Positions 1 to 14,211 of a stretch of DNA of 64,000 nucleotides are shown piece after piece. Made by a program: the position numbers and the translations under genes. The stretch is from assembly GCF_021028975.2 (NCBI RefSeq), contig NC_059434.1, positions 57,102,001-57,166,000 of the forward strand, read 5' to 3'. Source of the stretch: Sphaerodactylus townsendi. Taxonomy: Eukaryota. The notes under the pieces were generated by a model. That model saw only the letters and a list, made by a program, of their open reading frames with translations, was not told the origin of the DNA and did not search any database. Every line of letters begins with the position of its first letter. Within the stretch, counting starts at the first letter, position 1.

Positions 1-1537
1 TGACAACCTAATGCTTAAATCACTATGATGTGCGTTTGGCCAGTGTTCACGCAGAAGCATCATTTAATCACTCATGAACACTAGATTTGTTTGGAGACAT
101 TACTAATATTAGTGAGCAAAAACAATAATTCAGTAACATGAACTTGCATTCTCATTTTTACTTATAGAATAACTGTGTTGATAAATGACTTACATGTTTC
201 TTTAGAAGTAGAATTCTTTAGAAGTAGAAGTGGTATTGATGCTGGAGAGCAGTTTGATCTGGGCCACTGGAATTCACAAGAGGCACAAAGTCTCATTGGG
301 TACCAAAAAGAATTTGCATCCAAATAGGGAAGCGTGACTTTTCAGTTTATATTCTGGCCACGCCTCCTTGGATCAGACTTTTGCTGCTGGCTGCTGCCCA
401 CCTGGGATTAGCTGGTTGCCAATGGGACCAAGCAAAAATGTTTTTTTGGGGGGTGGCTTCTTCCTAATTGGTTGGTGAGGTGCCTTTTCTGCCTTCCTCA
501 AGATGTCAAGGTGATGGATGGTTAGGTAAAGCTTGTCATTTACTGTGAAGACCATAGCTAGTTTTGCAGGGTTTGGGCAAGTTGATCACAATAGGGAGGA
601 ATGATTGGCAGCACCTGGAGACATCCACGTGATGGAGAGCATGTCTGGAACCATCGCTGGTTGTGATGTAAAGTGCAGCTGGAAAGGAGAGGCCCTTGGT
701 ACTGAGCAGCATCTTTCTGAACCTGGTAGTGACACATCATGTGACACATCATGTGAGGAGGCTGAGGCTGGGCATCTTGGGCACATTTGTGTGAAGGCGA
801 TGATAAACAAGGCCAGTGAGTCTGTGCGTCTTCCAGAAAAGTCTGTGGATCTGCCAGAAAAGGCAGCCTGCCTTAGTACAGTTCAACAATTTAAATATAT
901 TAGCATATCAGCAGATCAGTAAAATTAATTAAACACATTAGTTAAATCCAAGTCGGTTTCATTTTATCTTTGCACACGTGCCTGGGGAAAAAGATTTAAC
1001 ATTACACTTGAAGAGGGAGCAGAAATAAAGTGAAATCTCTCTCAAAATATCTGGTTTTAGAATTACTTTTTAAAAACCTATTTGAAAACTATCAACCTTT
1101 TTTTAAACTGTCTAATAAATATTGAAATATTTCTGTCAGAAATATTCTGTCAGAAAATGCAGAATAATAAAGAAATCTCTTGCAAGAGATGATTCACTAA
1201 TCTATCTACATTTGCTTTTTGAGTTTTTTTCTGGACAATAATAAAAGTGGCTGATGAACTAATAGTTTAAAATGTGGTTTTGCCAATCAATGTGTGAAAT
1301 GTGGTTTTGCTAAGGGGTGTCGGGGTGGGAGTGGGTGGGCTGTGTCCAATTTGTGCAGCTGGTTGTAAAGAAATGTCCGTTGTACAAATTTTGGTGTAAA
1401 CAGAAAACCACTTCCAGCTTAACCAAACAACACAGCCAGTAGACTGTAGTGGTATACTCTTCCTTGAAAAACATTTTTGCTTCTTTCATGAACTTATCAT
1501 ACTTTTAAAAAGTCTTAACATACTTATATAAAACTTT

Positions 1538-1915
1538 GGCCGTTTCTGCATGGCCAGAGGCAGCGGCGTCCCACTGGCTTAAATGAAGCCGGTGGAGCAT
1601 TGGGACTGTTTGCACGATCCTGTGCGGGCAATCCCGATGCTGACGCAGCCCGCAGGGGCAGCTCTGCATGGAGCCGCCCAGGGTGTTTGCGAGGGACTTA
1701 CCTTGCCTTCCTGTGCAGCTCTGGGTGGCTGGACAGACACACCCATGTCAGAGAGCAGCATGGGCGTGTCTTTCCAGCTGCCCGGAGCTGCACAGGAAGG
1801 CAAGGTAAGTCCCTTGCACACACCAGAGGGGCCAAAAGCGGTGCCCTCACAACAGTGCGGTTCGCACTGCGCCAGTGCGAAGACGCCGCTTTTGGAAAAC
1901 CTCGCTCAGGGAAGA
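1538..1915. mobile_element. PIF/Harbinger-type MITE with internal hairpin; right TIR not found
   Basis: Starts GGCCGTTTCTGCA, the same TIR type as 47617 and 20758. Inverted arms at ~1691-1747 and ~1759-1816. Confidence 0.7.
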
Positions 1916-4509
1916 CTGAATTCAGATACCCAATGGCTACCAGACTCTTGCTCTTTTCTAATAATATGTATCAGTTATCCTAGTGTCTTTACACTTGCTG
2001 GCCAGAACACTGGAAAACATTTTCTTGATATTTTTATTTCTTAATAAGATTCAATAATATTTTCTGTAGTGCTTTTTATTCGTTACCTTTAAAAATGAAA
2101 ACAGAAAAGGAGCTCAGAATACCCTTGAGAGGGCCTCTTTTGGCTATGCTTTGCAAACAACAAAAAAGAACTAGTGTCTGTCTACAATACTTGATTTTAT
2201 TTGAATAACAACTGTATGCAGAGATTAAAGCTAGTTTAAAGAAGGCTCATAAAGCTTTATTTTTCATAATAGAATGGATAAATTAGCTAAAGCATCACAG
2301 TGATTTAAACAGAGCCTGTTTCAGTATGACAGAAAATTAAACCCTTGGAAATATTCTGTTCTGCATTTAGGGGAGAGAATAAGCAGTATGGAATTGTGAT
2401 TTCTTCATTTTCCAAGCTGCAAGAAGCAATACATGGTTTCTTTCCCTGTTAAAGTTACTGAGGCATTGCAAATGTTTATGAGTGGGTAATAATGTTGCAG
2501 TGAATGGCTAATGTGTCTCACCTTTTTAAAAGTGTTTAATGACCTGCATACAGAGTCATGAGCCCAGATCAGTGATTTATACCTGTTTGTATAGCACAGC
2601 CATAGCCTAACGTGCAATAAATCAGTGTGAAGTGAAAGGCAGGTGGTTAGACTTGATCTGACTTGCTATACCGTTTTTGGCACCGGGACAGTAAAACAGA
2701 ATAGTCTTTGGGTAAACGAACACACACACACACACATTTGAAATATAGATATGATACAATGAATACTATTATAAATGTATTACTTTCCTGTGGATTCAGA
2801 ATTTAACCTTGCAAGGCAAGGATAGACTGAGAAGTTAAAACATCCCTGGAGAGAAAAGTATCGCAGCAATCTTCTTTAAGCTACACTGCACAACCCAACA
2901 TGGGGTGTCTAAAGCAGCTTATAGTGAGCTTCTACTCAGATTGCAGTCTTGCAGACTACAGTCTTGCATTCAGGATATTTGATGTGGGCGGGATTAAAGT
3001 TGGTCACATGGTAGCCCTTCCTTAATGAAGTCTTTTCTTAGGAGGCTGGCTTGGTGGTGTACAGGCTCTAAGCAGCAGCTCTGGTTCTAACTTACAATTG
3101 GCTTCTTGGCTTGCCATAGTGGTTGCTTCAGCTCATTCAAGAAGAAAAGGGAATTCATAAAATACTCAAGAGACAGTGGTATTATTTCAATCATGATGGA
3201 AGCAGATGCCTATCTTGTGAAGAGTAGGGGCTCCTCAGTCAGGATATGGACCGTCACCATGTGTCAGTGTGGATGTGGTGGCTGCTCTGCTCAGACTTAG
3301 AAACTTGTCAGAGGGGGAAGTACAGTAAAGCTACTGGATAGATTTTACATCTTCCAAGCAGGACACATACTTTCTGTTCAGAGGGCACTTGTACCCTTCC
3401 TCTGCATAAAACTGCAGCTGGAACTGCAAGTAATTAGTGTAAGCTCCCATCCAGGCTTGCTGCAGACGTGTTCAGCACTGCGGAGCAAGTTGAGCCAAAC
3501 TGAGTTAGGATCACTTCAAGATCTACTTTGGCCCCAAGCTATGATGATGACAACAAAGTGAATAGGCTTGCTGGGTGTCGGTACTCTCCAAGGCAGTGGC
3601 TCACTGGCCTCACTGGGAAATTGCCCAAATGTTCAATGGCCAGGCCAGTCAGAGAGAGAGTTAAAAAGAGCAAAAAAATTACATATGAAATGTGCAAGCC
3701 TTTTAAAAAAGTAATGTAGGGCTGTGGAACCATGGCTCAGATATATTAGAAATATTATCTTTGCTTAGTGTGCAGATGGTCCACATTACACCCTAGCATT
3801 TCCACTTTAGGGCCAGAGTGCACAATGTCTACATTGTAGATTAGTGTTTAATTGGTTTTAAAAGGCCAGTTCAGACATATTGTAAATACAAACAAACAAA
3901 TAATAGCAAGAAGTCGAAGTTAGGGCTATAATTGGAGAAAGATAGGTTTCAGCAGCAGCAGGCATCAGGATTGTTGCAGTTTGTGACTTCTTGTGCCAAT
4001 TTGACGATTAAATCATTTCATTTACTGGATAAGGGCCTCCATGGCCTCATGCTCTGCAGGAATTTTAACTCATTCTTTCCTGTATAACCTTTTCTCCAAA
4101 CTTCACATGCCCCCAAGGAAAAAAATTTCAAAGCATCCTCAACTTCTCTGGTGAGGGGTTTGTCATGGGTCATTTCAAATGACCTGGGATTATTATGCCA
4201 GTGAATAAAATGTCATAAATAATTCTGGAAAGGCTAATGCAAAAACTAATTGAAAGACCCAATCAGTATGGATTACAAAAAAACTGCAACTGTTTCTAAT
4301 ATAATATGGATGCTTCAATTTATGTTAGATTGCACACAACAAAATATAGACTCTGAAGTAATCTGACCTTTTTCTAGCATTATGCATGATAATACCATTC
4401 TTCAGAGGGACTTCTCCTGATTTAAAACCCAATTGCAATGGGAATTCCACTTGCCATTTATGATACAACCAGAACTGTTAAAAAAAATTATGCAAACTGA
4501 GAGTAGGTA

Positions 4510-5437
4510 TTCTGAAAGGCTGCTCCACAACAGAAATCAGAAGAGCTTTAAGACCAAGAAAAACCCAGAGGACTGAGGAGAAACAGCCCCCCCCCCAAAA
4601 AAAAATTTCTGCCATACATCAAAGGGAATCACAGATCAAATAGGGAAACTTATGAAAAAACATAATCTACAAACAATCTTCAACCCTACCAGAAAAATAA
4701 AACAGATGCTACGCTCAGCAAAGGACAAGAGAGACCCCTCTCACTTCTGCAGGAGTCTATCACATACCCTGCAGCAGTGGAAAGGTCTACATAGAAACTA
4801 CAAAATGCAGCATTCAGACTCATATTAAAGAGCATGAAAGACACTGTCGGCTTAACCATCCCGAAAAATCTGCAGTAGCAGAACATGCTCTAAACAAAAC
4901 TGGACAAATCATTTATTTTGAAAACACTGAAATTCTGGACAAGTCGGATGGTTACAATGTCAGACTACACAGGGAGGCTATTGAAATCCACAAACACCAA
5001 AACAACTTCAACAAGAAGGAAGAAACTTTGAGAATTTACAAAACTTGTCTACCAATACTTAAAAACACCAGAATCAAAGGCCAAGGGCATGCTAGGTTCA
5101 TGGACAATGAACTCCACCCAGACACAGGATCTGCATTCACTAATACTGCTGCTATTGCAGGGAATGCAAATGTGAATATTAATGTAAATGGACTGAAAAC
5201 CCCACCCACGATACAATGCAGTCAACTACACCTTTGCATAGCAAGTCCCACCTAAATACTTACTGATTGGTTACCACTCTGGGACATGGACAATACATAC
5301 CCCACTAAACATTCCCTTCTCACTGGACACAGTGTGTAACACACTTCCCTCTGTGATACATCTCTGAAGTTGTCAACCACAGATGCAGGCAAAAGTTAGG
5401 AACAAGATCCACACAGCCTGGAAAGCCCACAACAACC
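4510..5437 (+). mobile_element. Penelope-like element 3' part: decayed GIY-YIG endonuclease plus 3' pLTR with degenerate hammerhead
   Basis: Frameshifted translation gives GVYHIPCS..KVYI..IKEHERHCRLNHPEKSAVAEHAL..FENTEILDK..RLHREAIEIHKH.NNFNKKEE. 11-bp TSD GAGAGTAGGTA at 4499-4509 and 5438-5448. Confidence 0.9.
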
Positions 5438-6835
5438 GAGAGTAGGTAAATTAATTTTATATCTTGCTGATTGCATGGTTGTATAGCTCTGAAGTGTTTT
5501 TTGTTTCTGTTTTCTTGCCTGAACTGATAAACCTCCTTAATTTTATCTTCTCATTTTGAGCAATGGTCAAATTGTACAATCTTCTCTTCCCCTTGTAATA
5601 TTTGCTTTGTATAATAAGAGTAATGGAAATTCTTCAAAAGGGAGATGATTAATGGTTTATCATTTTAAAGTTTATAAATATATGACATTTTTAAAAGCAT
5701 CTTTTCAGAGCTAAAATTACTATGTAGCTGTTTACAGCATACAAGATATAAAATGCATAACATTATATGTGTGGACTTCTTTAGGAAATTTGTCTAGTCT
5801 TATTAACACAATTTTACTTTTCACTGGCATTTCTTCAATTTTTTGTGCAAGTAGGGCAAATTTTCTCCAGATCTCATTTGAGGGTGGAGGAAAATGTGTC
5901 ACAGCTTCAGGTTGTACCTTCAAAGAAAAGGAAGGCATGTGTTTGTAAAATGCTATTGTTATCACTGTTGTTTAGTTAAATGTGACAATAATATATTCTG
6001 AACACTAGAACTGAGCTATGTTAATCACAGTGGTGATGAGAGAAAAGTTAGCCCAGGTTTGTAAATCATCGATAGAAAATGACTTTCTGTCTAAACACTA
6101 TTTTTCTATATTTAATTTAATGAGCTTTTTCATACTTATATTACAGTGGACTTCTTAATACTTACACTACTTTACAAAACAAAAGATGAAATCAGACAGT
6201 TCTGTGGGAGGAAAGGTCATACTCATTATTGTTTTATTGCTGGTCCTGTGGGAAGTTGCTTTTTCTTCCCAAAAACTACAAATGAATGAACAAGTATCCA
6301 TTAAAAAGTTACAAGACATCCAGAATAATTCTGCTAGGGATTGTGTTTATTTAGTCAAAGCCAAATCAAGTTATATTCAAAGGAAACAGACTTGGAATTC
6401 TGTAATCAATTCCATAATGATGCATTCATTTACAGTACAGAATAGGTCTCAAAGGATGATAGTGTAATCCCTATAGAATAGTTCTCCATGGAAGAAGAAA
6501 AAAGCTCTGCTTGGATGGGGAAGGAATGGAAACAAACTCTTTCTCTCCGCTCTTTTGCAATGCAGAGATTAAAAGCATTGCTTCTGTCACCACTCTATTT
6601 GAATGGGATGGCAGAGAAACAAGCTCTTTTTTTCTTCTCTTTTGCAGATTCATGGTGTACCTATGTTGCTGGCAGGGAGGTCCAGCTTCCAACCGATCCT
6701 CCATCAGCTGTGACTGGGATTCTGCCCAACAGGCAGCTGCAAACTTGTTCTGTAGCTGTATTTGGGGGTTTCCTTTTGTATCAGTACAAATGTGTCTTGA
6801 ACAGTGGATGAAAAGTATCATGTGTTGCCTGATTA

Positions 6836-7410
6836 TGTGAATGAAAGTCAAGAACAGGCATTGATTGAAGTGAAGAACAGGCATTTACTGAAAGCCCAGA
6901 GAACCAAACAGGAATACAGAAAAAAAAATGTGATTACGGCGACAACTGAAAGCTGACACAACAAAGCATTGCTGGCCAATTTCTGGAGAAGATCAACGAC
7001 AAGGTGGACATTGAAAAGACCTGACTGTTGTTAACAACTAAAACACTGAAAAAGAAACTGAATCACTGATTTTAGCCACTCAAGAGAAAGTCATTAGGAT
7101 AAATATGTTCAAGGACAGCATTGAATAATCCTCAGATAATGGAAGGTGCAGATTGTGCAAGGAAGCCGACACAACTGTAGATCATGTACCCAGCTGCTGC
7201 AAAAAGATCACCCAGACTGAGTACAAACAGAGGCCCAACGCAGTTGCCAAGATGAGCCACTAGAATTTATGCAAGAGTTACTACATTAGGACAGCTAAAA
7301 ACTGGTGGGAACATTGCCCAGAGAAAGTCATGGAAAATGAGAAGGTGGAACATTCTTGTGGAACATTCGAAGGTGGAACATCTTGTGGAACATTCAAATC
7401 CAAATGGACA
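6836..7410 (+). mobile_element. R4/Dong-clade non-LTR retrotransposon remnant (CCHC knuckle and start of REL endonuclease)
   Basis: Decayed translation ..ETESLILATQE..CRLCKEADTTVDHV..CCKKITQTEYKQR.NAVAKM..NLCK..KNWWEHCPEKVMENEKV, with stops and frameshifts. Confidence 0.8.
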
Positions 7411-7414
7411 AAAT

Positions 7415-7610
7415 GTCCTCTCCCCCTTCCTCCCTCCCCTCCCTTGCATGCCACCACTCACTCACTCCCCTCGCTCCCTCCCCTTCCCTTCCATGCCACC
7501 CCTCCCTCCCCTCCCCTTCCTCTGCTAGGGGTGGGTGGGCCATGTCCAGATGCTGGACCCCTCCCTTGCATGCCATCCCTCTCCTCCCCTCTCCCTCCCT
7601 CCCTCTCCCA
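7415..7610. repeat. C-rich low-complexity tract
   Basis: Runs of CCCT/CTCC. Confidence 0.8.
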
Positions 7611-8434
7611 TTTTAGAAGCTTCATTTCAGCATTTTAAACTTCACCTTACTGTACCCCAAGAAATTTGATCCAGTTTGGCCCTATGTTTCAGCATGATCT
7701 CCTCTCAAGGCCACATTCAATGCAACTCTTTCTAAATTCAGCAGCAGCTAACTAAAGATTTTGCAAAGTTGTTAGTCTTATTCCTTTTTCTTGGTGAGAT
7801 GGACAGTCAAGAAAGACACTTTCTACATGATCAAAAATGCAGACATTTATTCATGATACCACAAAACTGACCAGATGATTTTCAATGGATCCTCATGGTT
7901 TTTAAGTGGGTTCACCCCAAACTTACTGTCAAATCACGTATCACAGACATAGGTGAGGGGACATTGTGAGGGGAGTCTGGAGGGCAGGAGCCCAGAGCAC
8001 TGCTCCCACAGTTCATGTGTGGGGTGCGTTTAGTTGTCTGCCCTCTCTCTCGCCCCACCAGGAGTGGGGAGCTGGAAGAGAATTGCGTTGCCTGCCACAT
8101 CCTTCTCCGGTGCCCTCTGCCAGTATTCCCATTGGTGCTCCCTCCCCCAGCCCTTACTTTGCCACCTTATAAATCTGGGATTCTGTGTGGGGAATCCTCA
8201 GGTTTGTACCCAGCACCCAGCACCTAAAATCACCACTCCAGGGTGGCCTTCACAGTCCTTTCTCAGTGAGGAAGGGTCTTGGAGGCCACACTGGGGACTG
8301 GATTCTGGTCAGGGGAATATTCAGGCTCTTGAGGACTCCCCTGCCCAGAATCCACCACCCAAATTGCTGCCCCAGCAACCACATTGGCTTTGGCAGTGGG
8401 GTGAAAAATGTGGGTGACATTTCTCCCTGCCCCC

Positions 8435-8776
8435 NNNNNNNNNNNNNNNNNNNNNNNNNNNNNNNNNNNNNNNNNNNNNNNNNNNNNNNNNNNNNNNNNN
8501 NNNNNNNNNNNNNNNNNNNNNNNNNNNNNNNNNNNNNNNNNNNNNNNNNNNNNNNNNNNNNNNNNNNNNNNNNNNNNNNNNNNNNNNNNNNNNNNNNNNN
8601 NNNNNNNNNNNNNNNNNNNNNNNNNNNNNNNNNNNNNNNNNNNNNNNNNNNNNNNNNNNNNNNNNNNNNNNNNNNNNNNNNNNNNNNNNNNNNNNNNNNN
8701 NNNNNNNNNNNNNNNNNNNNNNNNNNNNNNNNNNNNNNNNNNNNNNNNNNNNNNNNNNNNNNNNNNNNNNNNNNNN
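8435..8776. other. Assembly gap
   Basis: Run of N. Confidence 1.
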
Positions 8777-10865
8777 TTGATTGGTATTTCCCCTCCCAAA
8801 TCCACTGCTCCACTGCAGCTGAGTTCAGGCTTCAGGCAGGTGGTGGTGGCACAATTTCAGTGGTTGCTTTGGGCGCCATTTCTTTGTAGCTACACCCTGA
8901 TCACAGGTCCACACTGGACCCCTGCCTCCAAAGCAGTGTTTTGCTGCATAAAATTCAGCAAAAATAAAAACTTAAAGCAAGGACTACCCAAAGAAGCTTA
9001 AATCTAAATTTAGACAGTGGAGTAGAGAGCAGATAATGGGATTAAACGGTAGAAGGCTGACACAGTAATTGAAGAGAAGAACCTCCAGGCAGTGTCTGCC
9101 AAAAGCATAAAAAGACAAACAGTGTAACAAAGTGCAACCCCTTCTCAATGTAGACTGGAAAAGAATGCTTTCACTAACCGCTCTTTAGACACTTTCCTCA
9201 GCTGCAGCTTTCAAAATTTATCATGTGCCCTTTGACTAAATGTAGGGCCCTCTCCTTGCCTGCATCCCAAGGAGCAATAGGGGTGATTAATATTTTTTCT
9301 CTCACTTTTCTCTTTCCTTTGCACTGGTAATGTAGCCAAGTGAATTCGCTGAGTATCCCAATGGAATTTGCTAGAATCCTTTGTGATTTATGGGCAAACG
9401 TAGAGGTACCCATGAGACACAAAGACTATACCTTTCTTCTTTTCAGTGAGTTCAGTTACCACTTACTGCTAGTCCTCTTTTCTGTCATTTTAAGTCTGCT
9501 TCATCTGCTGATAGGACTGTTTTTTAAAAGGCTATCAAGCAGCTGCTAGTCAGTTTGTGAAACATTTGTGATGTTTGCCAGGCCAGCAGAATAATCCAGG
9601 GGTTGGCTCACCATAGCCACTTTCATTGAGTGAGACAAATTCTCCTGATGAACTCATTCTCAGTGAACATTGCAACATCACTGCTAGAACAGGATTCAGC
9701 ACAACACAACATTTTCGTTTTATATGGATAAAGGAAAATTAAAGTCAAGTGATCACCAGATGTACTACTTTGAGTAATTAGCTCAAAAGGTCACAATTAG
9801 CAAACCTAGAAGGTAACATGATATGACTTTAAAAGAATTATTTATTGGAGAACTGAACACCAGCTGGCCTGAAACTGCTGCTTCTAATGAATATATATGT
9901 TTAAAAATACCCTTCACGTGGATCTTTGATTGGTTGCTGGTAGTGTTCTTCAGGCGAAGATTTATTTTTAACCAAGATAATCCAGAAACAGAAAAACAAC
10001 TTGAAAGGAACTATAGACTTCTGTAAATTTCAAATCTGTTTTATTATCTAAAGTATTTTTGGCATAGTGCTGAAAAATTGTAAACTCTTCAGTGAAACAA
10101 TATGCTGTATTCTTTGTTAGGAGAGAACCAGCTGAAGCTGAAAGGCTGGAAAATTAAGAGTTGGAAGAGGTTTAAGAACACTAAGGAATGGAAGGATGGC
10201 AGAAGGATTTAAGGATGCAGTTCTACAGGGTATGGCAGCTACATATGGAATTATTTCTCCCCAGTGTAACTGGTTCTTGCACAGGACAAGAAAATGTGCA
10301 AAGCTGAGAATAAAGACACACTATTTATTTTTATTCTTTCTTTGAGAGCTAGGTGAAGTGCATGTTTAGTTACAGAAGAAACAGAAACATTATTTTACAT
10401 TCTTTACAATGCTTTCAACATGTGACACATCTAAGAGATGAGCATTTAGCTTTCAAATAATCTTTTTCTTGCATCCAGTGTAATATAATGTGCAAAAAAG
10501 ACAACAGAAAGGATGAAACGGTTGGTAAACTGTAGGTGCTTTTTCAGGAAGGTCATGGTGTTTGGAACTCTTTCGTATAAAAAATATATAGCTAATTCAC
10601 ATGATATTCAAACAGAACTTCATATGACATTCAATCAGAACTTTCCCATTGTTTTTATGGCTCAAGGGCCTACCAGAGACTTCCTATTTGCGACAGAAAA
10701 GAACTGTGGTGATGGGTAGAACTACACTTCTCCCTTCAAAATGGGGTTGTTAACCACCACCACCCCACCTTCAATAGGCTTTTCCCACTTTCCCAACTGA
10801 GGCATGCTATAGCTATAAGACATCTCAGTTAACAGGAAAGGAGATGTTCTGGGTCACATGGGTAT

Positions 10866-11333
10866 CATGGTTTCCGCACATTCAGGCTTGCAGGCTTGCA
10901 TCAGCATGATTGATGCCAATGCAAGCCCTGGGGCCGTTCGCACCAATGGCCCCACAGGCAGCGCAGCTGGCGGAGCACGCTCCGCACAGCCGCACAGCCC
11001 CCCGAACAGCTGCCTACCTTTTCCCTGCATTTCGTCGCTCCGAGGAGGGAAGGGGACACGCTCCCTGGCCAGAGCGATGGCTGAAGCGACAGAGGCAAGG
11101 AGGCGTGTCCCCTTCCCTCCTTGGAGCAATGAAAGGCAGGGAAAAGGTAGGCAGCTGTTCGGGAGCACTATGGGAATACGCCGGCTGCCACCCGCTGCTG
11201 TTCACTCAGCAACAGGTGGCAATCACCGTATTCCAACAAACTCACCCCCCGAGCGAGTTGCAGAAGAACAGTGCCCCAGGGACCGGTTTTTCCCGTCCCT
11301 GTAGCGCTGTTGATTCCCCGTGCGAAAACCGCC
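10866..11333. mobile_element. PIF/Harbinger-type MITE with internal hairpin
   Basis: Ends ..GGTTTCCGCAC and GTGCGAAAACCGCC followed by TTA. Inverted arms at ~11000-11065 and ~11100-11165. Confidence 0.75.
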
Positions 11334-11374
11334 TTAGCATTGGCAACAAAAGGGGAAGGAGTAACAGAAGTAAG

Positions 11375-11622
11375 TGGAAAAGAGATTTATGGAGGAGAGA
11401 TTGATCAGTGGCTGCTAGCCAGGGAGACTAAAAGGAACTTCCACACATTCAGAGGCAGTAAACCCCTGAATGCCAATGCTAGAAGACAACATCAGGAGAA
11501 GACCTCAGCCTCTATGCCCCATTGCTGGAATTCCAGAGGAATTGGTTGGCCACTCTGTGAGACAGGATACTGGACTAGACAGATGATATATCCGATCCAG
11601 AAGGACTCTTCTTATGTTCTTA
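11375..11622 (+). mobile_element. CR1 LINE 3' end
   Basis: ..GGTTGGCCACTCTGTGAGACAGGATACTGGACTAGA..GATCCAG..CTCTTCTTATGTTCTTA matches the typical reptile CR1 3' terminus. Confidence 0.75.
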
Positions 11623-12669
11623 AAGTACATGAATGCTATTCCTACCTGTCTTGACACTTGTTGCAGCTGCCATTCAATCAGTCTAAGGGTGTACATGGTA
11701 GCAATTCATAATATTATGGGTGGTATGGGGGGAAAAGATGCCTTGAGCTAAAATAAGGCATCCTGGGGATGCCTTGGGAAGTAAGCTGTGTGGAATGCCT
11801 TCCCAGGACATCCTTTTCAGTGTCCCCAGGATGTCTTATTTAAGTTGTGCAGCACAGACGGTATGTGTCTAATGCAAGAGGCTAGTGATTATATTGTTCT
11901 AAACTGGTGTTTTATTTATGTGTCTGAACAATTGGGAACTGTCGTACTCTGTGTGAGGGGGAAAATGATATTGCTATAAAGAAAGAATAGAATGAAGAGA
12001 AATGTTTAACTAGATAGATTGACAGACCACAGAATTCTCTAGAGTCTCTTACTGATGATATCATTACATTCCAGTGCTTTGGTCTCAGCAGTAAACTATA
12101 CTGTGTAACATAGGAATGGCGTTGAGAAAACCCATGACAGACAAACTTTTTTAAAAAAAACTAACAGTAAAGCTTCAGGCTTAGCCACCCATTTGCAACA
12201 AGAGCTTTTATCATTAATAACATCACTACTGGCAAATTAAAGTGGATTTGGGGGTGGAATGGAAAGAATTGTTTCACTATTGTGCAGTAATTCATCAATT
12301 TAACATTCTTGATACCTTTGGTAGGAATATCCACATTTTTTTTGATCCTATGCAGTTTGAAAAAAGGGAAGAGGGAATATGATGACCAATATTTATTCTG
12401 TTATGCGATTTTATAGTATCTAACTGCATCTGTTATTTTAATTGATGAACATAGGCTGTATGATGTTTTGGGAACTGATAATTTGTAGTTTTAGCTAGAT
12501 GGTACTAATGCACAGAAGCTATCTGAGCTTAACTTTGACAGCACATCAGATAAATATTAGCTATGGATCCATCAAACCAGCAGTTAAGAAGTAGCTTTTA
12601 CACTTCTTAAACACAAATTCATTTTGGAACCTGAATTTTTGACACAGATGGTGACACAAGTGTTAATAA

Positions 12670-14000
12670 TAAATTTATTTGCTGTCATTGACTAGTATTA
12701 TCAAAACATTAAAATACAATAAAACAAGGGCAATAAAATAACAAATATTAAATACAATAATATAATAAACAACATCAATAAAACATCTCATATCTCTTCT
12801 ATTTAGAGGATCCTGAAAGCCTTTTGCAAAAGAACCAAGCAAACTTGGTCACATTTAGAGAGTCCTCTCTTCAATTACAGCAGTGGCATGGGGGGGGGGA
12901 GGAATGGCGCTGGGGGCAAAATGGCACCCAGCACCCCCGTGATCCTTGCACCCCTCGTGTTCCCCACCACTTACCTTAGTTCAGCCAAATTCAAAGATCA
13001 GCCAGCTGAAAAAGATACCTGGTTAGAACTACACTTTCAGGAGACCCTGTGAGCCCCAACACCTGCAGAGGCCTCCCTGTGTGTGTGTGTGTGTGTGGGG
13101 GTGCTCGCAAGGTTTCCTGGGAAGTGAAGTTCCCACCCAGTCTGCTTTTTCAGCTGACTGCTCTTTGCAGCCAGCTGAACTAAGATAAGTGGGGGTGGGG
13201 GCATGGGGGGGTGGAACTATACTTCCCAGAAGACCTTGCAAGCCCCAATTCCTGCAGAGGCCTCCCTGAGGGTGGGTGCGAGGGGGCCTTTGTGGTTTCC
13301 ACTCCTGCCGCACCAGCAGGCAGCTCCGGGCTGCCGAGCCTGATGGGGCGTGGCAAGGGAAAGGGGGAGGGGTGTGGGGGTGATTTTTCACTCCACGTGA
13401 TCCCAATGGTGCATGCCAGGGGTGCAGTGCCCGTCCACCCTGTTGCAGCTACGCGACTGAGTTCCAGCTGTTAGAAAAGAAATAATGGTGTTCCTATCTC
13501 TACCCGGGTATTTACACAAAATTGAATTAATCAAAAGATCCTGTTCCTTCCTCATATTATTACAATCAAAAATAAGATGTTCTAGTGTTTCAGGAGAACC
13601 ATCATGGCAAGAACAGAGGCAATCTTCTTCTAGGCTCTTATTACATTTTCCAAGCAGTGTCTTTGTCAGAAGAACGTTATGTCTCATCAGCATAAAACTT
13701 TTCCTCAGGTTGGAATTATCCAATTGGCTTACATATGTTACCAGTTTTAAATCATTCAGAGTATTAGAATAAAAAAGAAATGATTTAATTCTATTTTTAT
13801 AATGGCTTCTTTCTACATTCAATATTCTTTAACTAATATTTTAGCCGGATTATAATCCATGACTGCCAGAGATTCACTGGAGAACCCATAGGATTTTAGC
13901 TTTAGTTCCACCCTTTCATGCCTGGGTGAAATAAATTAATCTTTACAAATGCCATGTATTAGGCCCTTGTTGAGATTTTGAGAGATGGTGATACAAATGT
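12670..14000 (-). mobile_element. Non-LTR LINE 3' remnant (RTE-X-like), interrupted by a hAT MITE
   Basis: ORF 13388-13822(-) reads LRKSFMLMRHNVL..LLGK..CLCSCHDGSPETLEHLIFDC, a C-terminal zinc-knuckle-like motif. It continues beyond the MITE to an AT-rich tail. Clade uncertain. Confidence 0.6.
12881..13459. mobile_element. hAT non-autonomous element (MITE)
   Basis: Ends CAGTGGC.. and ..GCTACGCGACTG. Degenerate 8-bp TSD AATTACAG / AGTTCCAG. Internal inverted arms. Confidence 0.7.
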
Positions 14001-14211
14001 TGATAAAAAGAATGACTTCTCATACCACAGAGCAATTCTTCAGACACCTCATGCAAAAATTCACTAAGCCATTTGAAAGTGTTGTTAAAAATAATATTCT
14101 CTTGGGTTTTAAACCATACATGCTCGGTGTCAATGTTACCGTTTGAATTATGATATGCTAAGGTTAAAAGCAATTTATTGTTCTTTCACAACCAGTTCTT
14201 TCAATGTACTA

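Noticed and set aside
200-922. GC-richer stretch with several short ORFs (e.g. 605-922)
   Set aside because: No recognisable domain or convincing splice structure; possibly an old repeat, but unassignable.
6625-6811. Strong polypyrimidine-CAG acceptor-like site within ORF 6488-6811
   Set aside because: No recognisable protein and no clear donor; adjacent to a retrotransposon remnant.
7840-8434. Possible LTR on the minus strand
   Set aside because: Only TATA-like and AATAAA hints; truncated by the gap, no TSD.
8185-9001. Longest ORFs in the track
   Set aside because: Artefacts of translating through the N gap.
10854-11404. Overlapping long ORFs on both strands
   Set aside because: They arise from a GC-rich palindromic MITE with few stop codons; the same applies near 1583, 20784 and 25536.
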